Shown: positions 30,038 to 39,537 of the stretch, in pieces
Position numbering within the stretch: position 1 is the stretch's first letter
Layout of the letters: each line of letters begins with the position of its first letter
Source: a virus
Length of the DNA: 64,000 bases
Strand: one strand, 5' to 3'
Virus record (IMG/VR): IMGVR_UViG_3300024324_000425
Span: 15,561 to 79,560 of that record
The notes under the pieces: generated by a model
What the model was told of the DNA's origin: nothing
The model's input: only the letters and a program-made list of their open reading frames with translations
Database searches by the model: none
Position numbers and translations under genes: made by a program

Positions 30038-30325
30038 ATGGAAAATAAAATAAACTACAAATATCATGAAGATAAACTTTTAAACGAGTTTATTCTTTAT
30101 ATAAATAAAACGTATGATCAACACTATTCTAGTGACGATGGTACACAGTCAATGGATCTTATATCTGCGACTGGAAAAGGCCTAGACTTTTGTTTAGGTA
30201 ACGTTATTAAATATGCTGCAAGGTATGGTAAAAAGGCTGGAGCTAATCGAGCTGACCTTATCAAGATCATGCATTATAGTTTATTAGCATTGAATGAGCA
30301 CGATTTAAATAATGAAAAGGAGTAA
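30038..30325 (+). CDS. DUF3310-like protein (T7 gp1.7 nucleotide kinase-related)
   Basis: HY...FCLGNVIKYAARYGKK....DLIKIMHY. Confidence 0.75.
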   Translation: MENKINYKYHEDKLLNEFILYINKTYDQHYSSDDGTQSMDLISATGKGLDFCLGNVIKYAARYGKKAGANRADLIKIMHYSLLALNEHDLNNEKE

Positions 30326-30328
30326 GAA

Positions 30329-30505
30329 ATGAAAAAAGAAACATATACAACAACAACCGGCCTCACTGGGGTTTTAATTAGAAATAGAGATGCATTCGTT
30401 AATGGTTATGCCGTAAAGAGATTTGGTGAAAACTGGAAAAATGCTATCTTAAATTCAGCTAGCGATATTAAAACATATACAACAGAACAGTTGGAGACAC
30501 TATGA
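30329..30505 (+). CDS. small hypothetical protein (58 aa, not in the ORF track)
   Basis: AAGGAG RBS; MKKETYTTTTGLTG...EQLETL; ATGA overlap with gp45. Confidence 0.6.
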   Translation: MKKETYTTTTGLTGVLIRNRDAFVNGYAVKRFGENWKNAILNSASDIKTYTTEQLETL

Positions 30506-31188
30506 AATTAAATAATAGCACGGTCGAAGTCTTAAAGAACTTCGCCGCAATCAATAGCAATATTGTTATTGGCACAGAAGGATTTGTTAGAAGTGTTGCG
30601 ATCGCTAAGAACGTAATGGCTAAAGCAAATATCACAGATGCATTCCCGTATAAGTTTGGTGTATATGATTTGCCAGAATTTTTAAGCTGTTATAGCTTAT
30701 TCGATGATGCTGAATTGACATTCTCTGATACTCAGAAGTTTGTGACATTCTCAGATGGTATTCAATCAATTAAATACTTCTTCTCTGATGTAGAGAATTT
30801 AGTTACATCAGACAAAGATATTACTATGCCTGAGAGTGCACTCACTTTCACCATTACAGATAGCCAACTTGCTTCTATACGTAAAGCATCTGGTGCACTG
30901 AAAGCTAATGACATGGTAATCACCAAGAATACTGAAGGTGGTTTATGGACAAAGTTAACTGTAACTGATCGTGATAATCCAACTTCAAACGAATTTAGTA
31001 TCAATATTGCCAATTGCTCTATTGATACTGAAGAGAACTTTGAGTTTGTTTTTAATATAAACAACTTTAAGTTTAATCAAGCCGATGAATATAAATTCGA
31101 AGTAGCTTCGAAAATGATATCAAAGGTAACTACAGACAATGTTGACTATTGGTTAGCATTAGAAAAATCATCTAAAATCGGAGTATAA
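30502..31188 (+). CDS. gp45: sliding clamp gp45
   Basis: MKL...TVEVLKNFAAINSNI, FGVYDLPEFL, YWLALE. Confidence 0.93.
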   Translation: MKLNNSTVEVLKNFAAINSNIVIGTEGFVRSVAIAKNVMAKANITDAFPYKFGVYDLPEFLSCYSLFDDAELTFSDTQKFVTFSDGIQSIKYFFSDVENLVTSDKDITMPESALTFTITDSQLASIRKASGALKANDMVITKNTEGGLWTKLTVTDRDNPTSNEFSINIANCSIDTEENFEFVFNINNFKFNQADEYKFEVASKMISKVTTDNVDYWLALEKSSKIGV

Positions 31189-31189
31189 T

Positions 31190-31420
31190 ATGACAGATAA
31201 AGTAGAAGAAGCACAAGTAGAGGCAGAAGCACCAGGTATTGGTTTACAAGATATCGCGGCATGCGTACAAATCATTGATATTGTGACTAAACGAGGTGCC
31301 TTTGAAGGTGCTGAATTAGCCGATGTTGGTACTGTACGTAATCGTTTAACAGCATTCCTTGATGCTAATAAGCCAGCAGAACCAGATGCTGATGAAGATG
31401 CTGATAAAGAAGGCATGTAG
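31190..31420 (+). CDS. conserved hypothetical protein
   Basis: LQDIAACVQIIDIVTKRGAFEGAEL..VG..RNRL. Confidence 0.7.
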   Translation: MTDKVEEAQVEAEAPGIGLQDIAACVQIIDIVTKRGAFEGAELADVGTVRNRLTAFLDANKPAEPDADEDADKEGM

Positions 31421-31428
31421 TAAGACCC

Positions 31429-31505
31429 GCCCCTTTAGCTTAGTTGGTTAGAGCGTCCGACTCATAATCGGCAGGTCCACTGTTCAAGTCAGTGAAGGGG
31501 CACCA
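31429..31505 (+). tRNA. tRNA with CAU anticodon, most likely tRNA-Ile2 (lysidine type), otherwise elongator Met
   Basis: GCCCCTT/AAGGGGC acceptor stem, D-arm, CTCATAA loop, TTCAAGT T-loop, encoded CCA; resembles E. coli ileX. Confidence 0.93.
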
Positions 31506-31528
31506 AATTATATTATAGGAATTATATT

Positions 31529-31768
31529 ATGTTAGAGAGTGATAAGCAAGACGTGAAGAAAGTGATGGGTGATGTTATTGACTCAATGATTCGTATTGAT
31601 AGTGAACGTGAATTCATTAAAGAGACAGTGAACGTACTATCTGAGAAACATGACATCAATAAAGCAGTACTTAAAAAAGTTGCTAATATTATGCATAAAG
31701 CCAATATGGCAGAAGTGCAAGCAACTAACAATGACATTGAAGATTTGTTCGAAGATTTGTCCAAATAA
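31529..31768 (+). CDS. dsDNA-binding protein (T4 DsbA-like)
   Basis: SMIRIDSEREFIKE...K.DI.K..L.KVA..MHK. Confidence 0.7.
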   Translation: MLESDKQDVKKVMGDVIDSMIRIDSEREFIKETVNVLSEKHDINKAVLKKVANIMHKANMAEVQATNNDIEDLFEDLSK

Positions 31769-31770
31769 CG

Positions 31771-31800
31771 GTGTACTTTTAGTACGCATTATGTTATAAT
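31771..31800 (+). promoter_or_regulatory. early promoter (gp44)
   Basis: GTGTAC-N18-TATAAT. Confidence 0.85.
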
Positions 31801-31907
31801 AGATATAAGTTAACGCAAAGGTTTAAAGCTTAATAGCTCCTTTCCTTGTTTCCATTTTGGTTGTAATGGGCGTGAAACAACCACCTAATTATACTATGGA
31901 GATGTGA

Positions 31908-32840
31908 ATGAGAAATGATTTTTTATGGGTTGAGAAATATCGCCCAGCCACTGTTGATGAATGTATTTTAGATAAGTCTTTAAAGACTACATTTAAACAA
32001 ATAATCAAGAGTGGTGAGCTTCCAAACATGATGTTTACTGGTTCAGCTGGTATTGGTAAGACCACTGTAGCCAGAGCGCTTTGTAATGAAATGGGGCTTG
32101 ATCATATAATCATTAACGGTTCGGAAGATGGAAACATCGATACTCTTCGTGGTAAAATCAAACAGTTCGCTTCAACTGTTTCATTACAGGGAGGATATAA
32201 AGTAGTCATTTTAGATGAGGCTGATTACCTAAACCCCCAATCTACTCAACCGGCTCTTCGTGGATTCATTGAAGAGTTCTCTAACAACTGTCGATTCATT
32301 CTAACTTGTAACTTCAAGAATAGAATTATTGAACCATTGCACTCACGGTGTTCTGTGTATGAATTCAATACTGGTTCAAAGGCTATCATGGCCGGTCAAT
32401 TCATGGAACGTCTTAAGACTATCTTAACAACTGAACATATCAAGTTTGAAGATAGAGTTGTTGCTGAACTAATCATGAAACATATGCCTGACTGGAGGCG
32501 TGTCCTGAATGAATGTCAACGGTACAGTGTTGGTGGTACTATTGATGCAGGCATTCTAGTGACATTATCAGAAACGTCTATTAAAGAACTTATGGTTGAC
32601 CTTAAGAAAAAGAACTTTAAAGGTATGCGTAAATGGGTTGTGGATAACATTGATATGGAGAGTGCTAAGTTATTCAGAATGATATATGATAACATGCTAG
32701 AGTATGTTGATCCTTCTTATATACCTCAATTGGTTATGACACTTGCCGACTACTCATATAAAGATGCATTCGTTGCAGATCATGAATTGAATACTGTTGC
32801 TTGTCTCACCGAGATCATGTCACAAGGTCAATTTAAATGA
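31908..32840 (+). CDS. gp44: clamp loader large subunit gp44
   Basis: LWVEKYRP, GSAGIGKT, ILDEAD, PLHSRC. Confidence 0.96.
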   Translation: MRNDFLWVEKYRPATVDECILDKSLKTTFKQIIKSGELPNMMFTGSAGIGKTTVARALCNEMGLDHIIINGSEDGNIDTLRGKIKQFASTVSLQGGYKVVILDEADYLNPQSTQPALRGFIEEFSNNCRFILTCNFKNRIIEPLHSRCSVYEFNTGSKAIMAGQFMERLKTILTTEHIKFEDRVVAELIMKHMPDWRRVLNECQRYSVGGTIDAGILVTLSETSIKELMVDLKKKNFKGMRKWVVDNIDMESAKLFRMIYDNMLEYVDPSYIPQLVMTLADYSYKDAFVADHELNTVACLTEIMSQGQFK

Positions 32841-33250
32841 CACTAAATCATAACACCAATGCCTTAGATAAGAATCCGTTCTCTTATTTAAATGCTATTA
32901 ATAAAAATGTATGGTATCATTTTAAAGATACTGTAATAGATAACAAAGACTATCCGGCCTTTATGGTTAACCGCGGTCTTTCTTATTTTCCTGACACTGT
33001 GTTATACGCTAATGAGATGAATATGAAAGCACATGTCGATGGACAATTGCAATTCGCGTTTTATATAAATATTATCAGGAAACGCAAACGTTTCTCGAAG
33101 TGGAATAAAGCTTCTGAGTCTGATGATATAAAATGTATTAAAGAATACTACGGGTATTCGAATGAAAAGGCCAGAGACGTTCTTCCGCTTTTAACTAATA
33201 ATCAGTTGAAAATTATAAAGGAACGTATAGATCATGGTGGAACTAAATGA
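32837..33250 (+). CDS. gp62: clamp loader small subunit gp62
   Basis: YPAFMVNRGLSYFPDT..YANEMN, RKRKRFSKW, EYYGYSNEKA. Confidence 0.93.
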   Translation: MTLNHNTNALDKNPFSYLNAINKNVWYHFKDTVIDNKDYPAFMVNRGLSYFPDTVLYANEMNMKAHVDGQLQFAFYINIIRKRKRFSKWNKASESDDIKCIKEYYGYSNEKARDVLPLLTNNQLKIIKERIDHGGTK

Positions 33251-33644
33251 TGAGATAGCAAATTGGAATCCCGATATGATGTTGGAAGTGACACTAGCAC
33301 AACCAGATGACTTCTTAAAAATAAGAGAGACCCTAACTAGAATGGGAGTTGCTTCAAAGAAGGACTCAAAATTATATCAGTCATGTCACATCCTTCATAA
33401 GCAAGGACGATATTTCATTACCCACTTTAAAGAGTTATTCTTACTAGATGGTAAGCCATCTAACCTAACAGAAAATGACATTGGTCGACGTAATACCATT
33501 GTTACCTTAATGTCTGATTGGGGTTTATTAGAAACAGTAGAGGTTATTGGTGCCACCGCCCCTCTTAACCAAATTAAAATTATTTCCCATAAGGATAAGT
33601 CCGAATGGGAATTATGCCCTAAGTACAACATAGGCATAAAATAG
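33234..33644 (+). CDS. regA: translational repressor RegA
   Basis: DDFLKIRETLTRMGVAS, LYQSCHILHKQGRYFI.HFKELF. Confidence 0.96.
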   Translation: MVELNDEIANWNPDMMLEVTLAQPDDFLKIRETLTRMGVASKKDSKLYQSCHILHKQGRYFITHFKELFLLDGKPSNLTENDIGRRNTIVTLMSDWGLLETVEVIGATAPLNQIKIISHKDKSEWELCPKYNIGIK

Positions 33645-33647
33645 AAT

Positions 33648-33698
33648 TTAAGGCATGCTTCGGGTGCCTTAATGTAGCAGTGATCCAAGAGGGTCACT
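33648..33698 (+). promoter_or_regulatory. two hairpins in the hsp20 leader
   Basis: TTAAGGCAT..TTCG..GTGCCTTAA and AGTGATCC-AAGA-GGGTCACT. Confidence 0.5.
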
Positions 33699-33729
33699 AT
33701 AATTAAAACTCGCTTAACAGGAGAAATGT

Positions 33730-34161
33730 ATGACAAACTATCAAAGAGATCTATTCTTTGGATTCGACGACTTATTCAATTCGTTGAACAACCCTAAACA
33801 ACAACAATCGTACCCGCCATATAATGTGGTAAAGAAAGATGATAATCATTACTTGATTGAAATCGCAGTGGCTGGATTCAAATTAAATGAAATCGATGTG
33901 GTCTTAAAGAAGGGAATCTTAACCGTTACAGGTACTAAAGATAAATTCGCAAATGGCGATGAATATATCCATAAGGGTATTTCAACGAGAGACTTTACAA
34001 GATCATTTACTTTAGCTGAGACTATTAAAGTGGTTGGTGCTGATATTGTTGATGGGGTGTTACTAATTGGATTAGAGAACACAACCCCAGAGGAAGACAA
34101 ACCCCAAACTATTAAGTTAGGTGAATTCACCGCTAAAGCTAAAGAATTGCTTTTAGGCTAA
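33730..34161 (+). CDS. hsp20: small heat-shock protein Hsp20 (IbpA-like)
   Basis: YPPYNV, IEIAVAGF, HKGISTRDFTRSFTL, DGVLLI. Confidence 0.94.
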   Translation: MTNYQRDLFFGFDDLFNSLNNPKQQQSYPPYNVVKKDDNHYLIEIAVAGFKLNEIDVVLKKGILTVTGTKDKFANGDEYIHKGISTRDFTRSFTLAETIKVVGADIVDGVLLIGLENTTPEEDKPQTIKLGEFTAKAKELLLG

Positions 34162-34169
34162 TAGTACAT

Positions 34170-34197
34170 TACAGTATACATTAAGCTGTATACTGTA
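34170..34197. terminator. 11-bp perfect hairpin after hsp20
   Basis: TACAGTATACA-TTAAGC-TGTATACTGTA. Confidence 0.55.
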
Positions 34198-34227
34198 TAC
34201 TATATTATACATAATGGAGAAACACTA

Positions 34228-34512
34228 ATGAGTGACCCAAAAATCGTAAGACTAGTAACAGGCGAAGAGCTTTTATGCAAGATAACAGACTCTAACGAAA
34301 ACCATGTAACTATCGAAAACCCTCTAATTATTATCCCTACAGCCGATGCCAAGATTCAGTTCTTGCCTTATATGGCCTATGCGGATTTTAAAACTCTGCC
34401 ACTGAGAACACAGGATATCATGTTTGTGGTTAATCCTTCATCTCGAATGGCTGATAAATTCTTAGAAGCTACTTCAGGTATTATAACAAATGATACAAAA
34501 ATAGTTACATAA
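34228..34512 (+). CDS. conserved hypothetical protein (Sm-like fold possible)
   Basis: KIVRLVTGEELL...IENP pattern, typical upstream of gp43. Confidence 0.7.
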   Translation: MSDPKIVRLVTGEELLCKITDSNENHVTIENPLIIIPTADAKIQFLPYMAYADFKTLPLRTQDIMFVVNPSSRMADKFLEATSGIITNDTKIVT

Positions 34513-34515
34513 AAG

Positions 34516-34545
34516 GTGTACATTTGCTGTTAATTGTGTTATAAT
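34516..34545 (+). promoter_or_regulatory. early promoter (gp43)
   Basis: GTGTAC-N18-TATAAT. Confidence 0.85.
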
Positions 34546-34551
34546 AGATAC

Positions 34552-37059
34552 ATGATTAACAAAAAACTATATACTAACGCATATCGATATGGCAGTAAAA
34601 TTCGCTATATCGGCTATGAAGACGGAAAGCGTGTCCAACGCGCTGTCCCTTTCAAACCTACTCTTTACGTAACATCACAAGATACTTCTTCTAAATGGAA
34701 ATCTCTTGACGGGAGTAACATTGAACCTATCAACTTTAGTTCAATGAGAGAAGCTTCAGACTTTGTCAAGCAATATTCTGGAGTCGACAAGTTTAACATA
34801 TATGGTAATACCAATTATGCTATTCAATATCTGAATCAAGAATTCCCTGGCCAGATCGAATGGGATCCTAAACATATCAACATAACCTCTATCGATATTG
34901 AAACAAAATTCGAAGACGGTTTCCCTCACCCTGATATAGCAGATCAAGAAGTGACTGCAATCACATGCAAGAATAACATTGATGATATCTATTATGTCTT
35001 TGGTTGTGGTGAATATGATGTTGAGAAGTCATATATGCAAACCAACCAAGTGATATACACTAAATGTAATGATGAGAAAGAATTGCTTATGCGATATGTT
35101 ATTCATATGCAAGATGTAGATATCATCACCGGTTGGAATGTACGTTTCTTTGATATACCATATCTTGTAAATAGAATTGCATCGGTATGTGGTGAAACTA
35201 TAATGAAGAAGTTATCGCCTTGGGGTGATATTGCAGAACGAAAGATTGAAACCTTTGGTCATGCACGACAAACCTTTGAGTTAAAGGGTGTAACTATTCT
35301 TGACTATCTTGAAATATATAAGAAGTTTACGCATGTACCAAGAGAATCGTATAAACTAGATCATATTGCTCATGTTGAATTAGGTGAGAAGAAGTTATCC
35401 TATGAAGAGTTCGGTGATCTTAACATACTATATGCAAAGAACTATCAAAAGTTTATTGACTATAATATTAAAGACGTTGAGTTGATCGATCGCCTTGAGG
35501 ATAAGCTAGGTCTTATTACGCTTGCAATGACAATGGCATACAAAGGTGGTGTTAACTATAACGATGTTATGGGTACTGTTGCTATTTGGGATTCAATTAT
35601 TTATCGTGATCTAGACATGATCGGTATAGCTATTCCTCAACCAAAATCTCATAAGAAAGAATCTTATCCGGGTGGATATGTTAAAGATCCTATAGTTGGC
35701 AAGCATGACTGGGTTGTATCGTTTGACTTGAACTCACTTTATCCTTCGATCATTATGCAGTATAACATGAGTCCTGAAACTATCATTGTGGGTAAAGACT
35801 TGCAAGTGACAGTGGATAGTATATTAGATAATAAAGTTAAGAACTCAAGGCCTGATACGGCACTAGCCGCTAATGGTGTACGATTCGATACTTCTAAGCA
35901 AGGTGTACTCCCTCGTATTATTGAAGAGATGTACGAAGAGCGTGTATTAATTAAACAAAAAATGTTAAAAGCACAACAGGATTTAGAGAATTGTGATAAG
36001 TCAAATAAGACTGCAATTTATGAAGCTGAGAAAAGAATTGCTATTGCTAAGAATAATCAGTTAGCGATCAAGCTTCTTTTAAACTCGTTGTATGGTGCTA
36101 TGGGTAATATATGGTTCAGATACTTTGATATACGTATTGCTACTGCCGTAACATTATCTGGACAAGCCACGATCAAATGGGCAGAGAAACATCTTAATGA
36201 ATATTTAAACAAACTAATGGAGACAAATGGAAACACTGATTATGTTATTGCTATTGACACTGATAGTGTTTACGTCAACCTGGGTCCTCTTGTACATAAG
36301 CTTAACCCTCCTAACCCTGTTGACTTCCTTGATCAAGTTTGTGGCGGTAAATTGGAGAATGTCCTTGTTAACGCTTATAATGATTTATACTCTAGGTTGG
36401 GTGGTATCACTAATAAAATGGTCATGGGTCGAGAAGTTATTGCTGATCGAGGTATTTGGACAGCTAAGAAACGTTACATCTTAAATGTACATGATAACGA
36501 AGGTGTTCGATATACTAAGCCCAAGTTAAAGATTATGGGTATTGAAGCTATTAAGAGTTCTACCCCTGAGATATGTCGTGATGAATTAAAGAGTTTATTC
36601 ACGACGATTATGACTAAGGACGAAGAAAGTGTTCAAAAACAAATTGCAGACTTTAAACAAGTATTCGTGTCAGCATCACCAGAGCAAGTAGCATTCCCTC
36701 GTGGTGTTAACGAGCTTGATAAATGGAAGGATAGCGAAACTGTATATTCGAAAGGTACACCTATTCATGTTCGTGGTGCACTCCTTCATAACAATTTTAT
36801 TACAGAGAATAGACTTAAACGTCGTGTGAATCTAATTACACCAGGCGACAAGATTAAATTCACATATCTTAAGAAGCCTAATCCAATAAAGGAGAATGTA
36901 ATCTCTTTCATTGATTATCTACCAAAGCAACTTAAGTTAGAATCATATATAGATTATGATATGCAATTTGATAAGACATATATGAGTGTGATAACACCGA
37001 TTTTAGATTCGATCGGATGGAAAGCAGAACCAGAATTCACTTTAGAAAACTTTTTTTAA
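34552..37059 (+). CDS. gp43: family B DNA polymerase gp43
   Basis: DIET exonuclease motif, FDLNSLYPS, KLLLNSLYG, IDTDS, KKRY; start reassigned to ATG 34552. Confidence 0.97.
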   Translation: MINKKLYTNAYRYGSKIRYIGYEDGKRVQRAVPFKPTLYVTSQDTSSKWKSLDGSNIEPINFSSMREASDFVKQYSGVDKFNIYGNTNYAIQYLNQEFPGQIEWDPKHINITSIDIETKFEDGFPHPDIADQEVTAITCKNNIDDIYYVFGCGEYDVEKSYMQTNQVIYTKCNDEKELLMRYVIHMQDVDIITGWNVRFFDIPYLVNRIASVCGETIMKKLSPWGDIAERKIETFGHARQTFELKGVTILDYLEIYKKFTHVPRESYKLDHIAHVELGEKKLSYEEFGDLNILYAKNYQKFIDYNIKDVELIDRLEDKLGLITLAMTMAYKGGVNYNDVMGTVAIWDSIIYRDLDMIGIAIPQPKSHKKESYPGGYVKDPIVGKHDWVVSFDLNSLYPSIIMQYNMSPETIIVGKDLQVTVDSILDNKVKNSRPDTALAANGVRFDTSKQGVLPRIIEEMYEERVLIKQKMLKAQQDLENCDKSNKTAIYEAEKRIAIAKNNQLAIKLLLNSLYGAMGNIWFRYFDIRIATAVTLSGQATIKWAEKHLNEYLNKLMETNGNTDYVIAIDTDSVYVNLGPLVHKLNPPNPVDFLDQVCGGKLENVLVNAYNDLYSRLGGITNKMVMGREVIADRGIWTAKKRYILNVHDNEGVRYTKPKLKIMGIEAIKSSTPEICRDELKSLFTTIMTKDEESVQKQIADFKQVFVSASPEQVAFPRGVNELDKWKDSETVYSKGTPIHVRGALLHNNFITENRLKRRVNLITPGDKIKFTYLKKPNPIKENVISFIDYLPKQLKLESYIDYDMQFDKTYMSVITPILDSIGWKAEPEFTLENFF

Positions 37060-37061
37060 GG

Positions 37062-37091
37062 GTGTACTTTTACTGAGAACTATGGTATAAT
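37062..37091 (+). promoter_or_regulatory. early promoter
   Basis: GTGTAC-N18-TATAAT. Confidence 0.85.
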
Positions 37092-37114
37092 AGATATATA
37101 ACGGAGAAAATATA

Positions 37115-37522
37115 ATGAGTATAAATTGGCCACTAGACATGCACAAGATGCATGACAAATATGGAATTAACACACTAGTAAAGGGGATGGATGTAAGTAC
37201 ACTATCATCGTTTATTAGATTTAGAGCTGAATGCGTCCAAGAAGAAGTGGATGAGTTTAAAGATGCTATTAAAGCAAATGATGCTGAGGAGATGGTAGAT
37301 GCACTAATCGATATGTGTGTATTTGCTATTGGAACATTAGACTTAATGGAAGTTGATGCTAACGAAGCATGGAATAAAGTTCTTAAAGCTAACATGGATA
37401 AGAGCGTTGGTATTAAAGAAGGAAGACCCAATCCTTTAGGACTACCAGATCTTATTAAACCTGAAGACTGGACAGCGCCGGATCATTTAGGCAATCATGG
37501 TGGATTCATTTACGTAGTATAA
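37115..37522 (+). CDS. MazG-like all-alpha NTP pyrophosphatase
   Basis: EEVDE...EMVDALID, ANMDK, DLIKPEDW.AP. Confidence 0.8.
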   Translation: MSINWPLDMHKMHDKYGINTLVKGMDVSTLSSFIRFRAECVQEEVDEFKDAIKANDAEEMVDALIDMCVFAIGTLDLMEVDANEAWNKVLKANMDKSVGIKEGRPNPLGLPDLIKPEDWTAPDHLGNHGGFIYVV

Positions 37523-38451
37523 TGACCGAGTTAACTCTTTACAAATCGATATACGATAATAAAACCCATAAGCGAATGAGCTTCGATTCATTTGCAAAGT
37601 TTGAAGACATGTTATATACACTGTCTAAGAAACCATTGCCCGACAAGCAATCAGCAATGTTAATGACACCTGCTATCTATTTACCTGACACGACCAGAGC
37701 AAATGATAACGTTGTATCGTGGGCTGGTTGGGCCGCGGTAGATGTTGATGTTGATGCTGAACAGATTTTAAAGGAGTTAACTAAAGAGTATTATTATGTA
37801 TGTTATTCGACGGCATCGTCTACTAAAGAGAAACCTAAGTTTAGATTGGTATTCCCCTTAAGTAATGATGTTCCAGCTGATAAGATCAAACACTTTTGGT
37901 ATGCTCTCAATAAAGAATTAAATGATATTGGTGATCCCCAAACAAAGGATCTATCGCGCATGTACTACATACCCGCTACGTACGCAGGCGCAGACAACTT
38001 CATCTTTACAAATAAAGGTGATGTAATGAACCCTAATGCTATTATGCTAAAGCACGATTATGTAGAGAAGACCGGTGGCAGCTTCATAGATAAGTTACCA
38101 CCTGCGATCAGGGAACAAATGTTAGCACATCGTAGGAGCGTACTAACAAACACAAACATACACTGGACAAGTTATCATGATTGCCCATTTGTAAATAAAA
38201 AACTGGTAAATGAATATAGACTTATCAGTGAAACTGGATGGTATTCTAAGATGTATGGCATTATGCTAAACATTGCCGGGAATGCACTTCGCAAAAAATA
38301 TCCAATAACGGCGTTGGAGATAACAACACTATGTAAGGAGATCGACAATGAGACAGGACAATGGTACAAAAATCGAGCATTTGTCAAAGAAGCTGAACGG
38401 GCTATTGAGTATGCCACAGCAGACAGTCCCGCTAGCGTTTATTCATTTTAG
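37522..38451 (+). CDS. AEP/Prim-Pol-like primase
   Basis: AVDVD (DxD), YSTASST..KPKFRLVFPL, D...DLSRMYYIP. Confidence 0.7.
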   Translation: MTELTLYKSIYDNKTHKRMSFDSFAKFEDMLYTLSKKPLPDKQSAMLMTPAIYLPDTTRANDNVVSWAGWAAVDVDVDAEQILKELTKEYYYVCYSTASSTKEKPKFRLVFPLSNDVPADKIKHFWYALNKELNDIGDPQTKDLSRMYYIPATYAGADNFIFTNKGDVMNPNAIMLKHDYVEKTGGSFIDKLPPAIREQMLAHRRSVLTNTNIHWTSYHDCPFVNKKLVNEYRLISETGWYSKMYGIMLNIAGNALRKKYPITALEITTLCKEIDNETGQWYKNRAFVKEAERAIEYATADSPASVYSF

Positions 38452-38890
38452 AAATAGAGAATGGGCAAAGGGAACATATAAGAATGAACTGGGAATGGAT
38501 TCACTATTCCTTGAATGGTTATTACTTAAGCATGACCAGATTGAAGATGCTACAAGCTTAGGTCAAGGCTGGGAAAGTGATGGGATATTAGATGGATTTA
38601 AATTAGATTTTAAAGAAATTCAAAATCAGCATAGAACCTTTGGCATTCATACAAAAGAGAAATTTGATCAATACAAAAACAATTATGATAATGAATTGCT
38701 AGACCTCGTAGTGTTTTACTCAACACGCCGTAATTATAAAAATCCTAGATTATTAAAGGCTGGTGATAACGTTAAATTTTATTACCGAGGTCTTATTGAT
38801 GTACAGGATATGCTTAATGAATCTAAGCCTAGTCAATACCCTAGGGGTTATAAATTCATTTCTTTAAACAATCAATTAATCACTAAATAG
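38411..38890 (+). CDS. hypothetical protein, possible PD-(D/E)xK nuclease
   Basis: WESDG...LDFKEI pattern; start uncertain. Confidence 0.45.
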   Translation: MPQQTVPLAFIHFRNREWAKGTYKNELGMDSLFLEWLLLKHDQIEDATSLGQGWESDGILDGFKLDFKEIQNQHRTFGIHTKEKFDQYKNNYDNELLDLVVFYSTRRNYKNPRLLKAGDNVKFYYRGLIDVQDMLNESKPSQYPRGYKFISLNNQLITK

Positions 38891-38892
38891 CT

Positions 38893-38922
38893 ATGTACTT
38901 TTACCGAGAACTATGGTATAAT
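38893..38922 (+). promoter_or_regulatory. early promoter heading the DNA-modification operon
   Basis: ATGTAC-N18-TATAAT. Confidence 0.8.
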
Positions 38923-38944
38923 AGATCTATAGACAGGAGTAAAA

Positions 38945-39253
38945 ATGAAATTAGATAATGGTAAACCAAACATAGCACTTATCCCGCCAGAAGTGTTATT
39001 ACAAATGGCTGAAGTCTTTGGCTTTGGTGCAGAGAAATATGGTATGAACGATTGGCGGAAAGATTATAGTGAATGGTCAAGAACATATTCATCTATTCAA
39101 CGACACCTCAATGCATTTTGGATGGGAGAAGATCTTGATCCTGAATCAGGCAAACCCCACTTAACACATGCATTAACACAAATGGCAATACTATTAATGT
39201 ATTACCATGAACATAAAGATATGGATGACAGATATAAAGGAGAAGAAAAATAA
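38945..39253 (+). CDS. dATP/dGTP diphosphohydrolase-family protein (DUF5664-like)
   Basis: K.D.GKP...LIP, FGAEKYG..DW, RHL.AF..GED.DPESG.PHL.HA. Confidence 0.88.
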   Translation: MKLDNGKPNIALIPPEVLLQMAEVFGFGAEKYGMNDWRKDYSEWSRTYSSIQRHLNAFWMGEDLDPESGKPHLTHALTQMAILLMYYHEHKDMDDRYKGEEK

Positions 39254-39537
39254 TGTTTGTAGTACAAAATATAAAGTTTCCAACAGTCTATACACATGTA
39301 GACAGCACACAAAAGATTGCTATTTATCATAATAATAAAGATGGCAAATACACCACCCGGTTTTATGTTAACAATTATCAACCTAAAGATAAGCGATATC
39401 CACAACGAAGCTTCGGCAAGTCTTTCAAAACAATGGGTGAATCTTTAGATTTTGGTGAAAAGATATGTAGTCACTTATCTAAATTTGACGCGAATGATGA
39501 ACGTGCACTTAAACGAATTTATGAGGAAACAAAATGA
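39253..39537 (+). CDS. hypothetical protein
   Basis: 94-aa ORF translationally coupled within the operon. Confidence 0.6.
   Translation: MFVVQNIKFPTVYTHVDSTQKIAIYHNNKDGKYTTRFYVNNYQPKDKRYPQRSFGKSFKTMGESLDFGEKICSHLSKFDANDERALKRIYEETK

Noticed and set aside
38945-39253. Evidence for a Z-base (2-aminoadenine) or 7-deazaguanine genome
   Set aside because: No purZ, dpdA or que genes in the window; the neighbours are cytosine-modification genes
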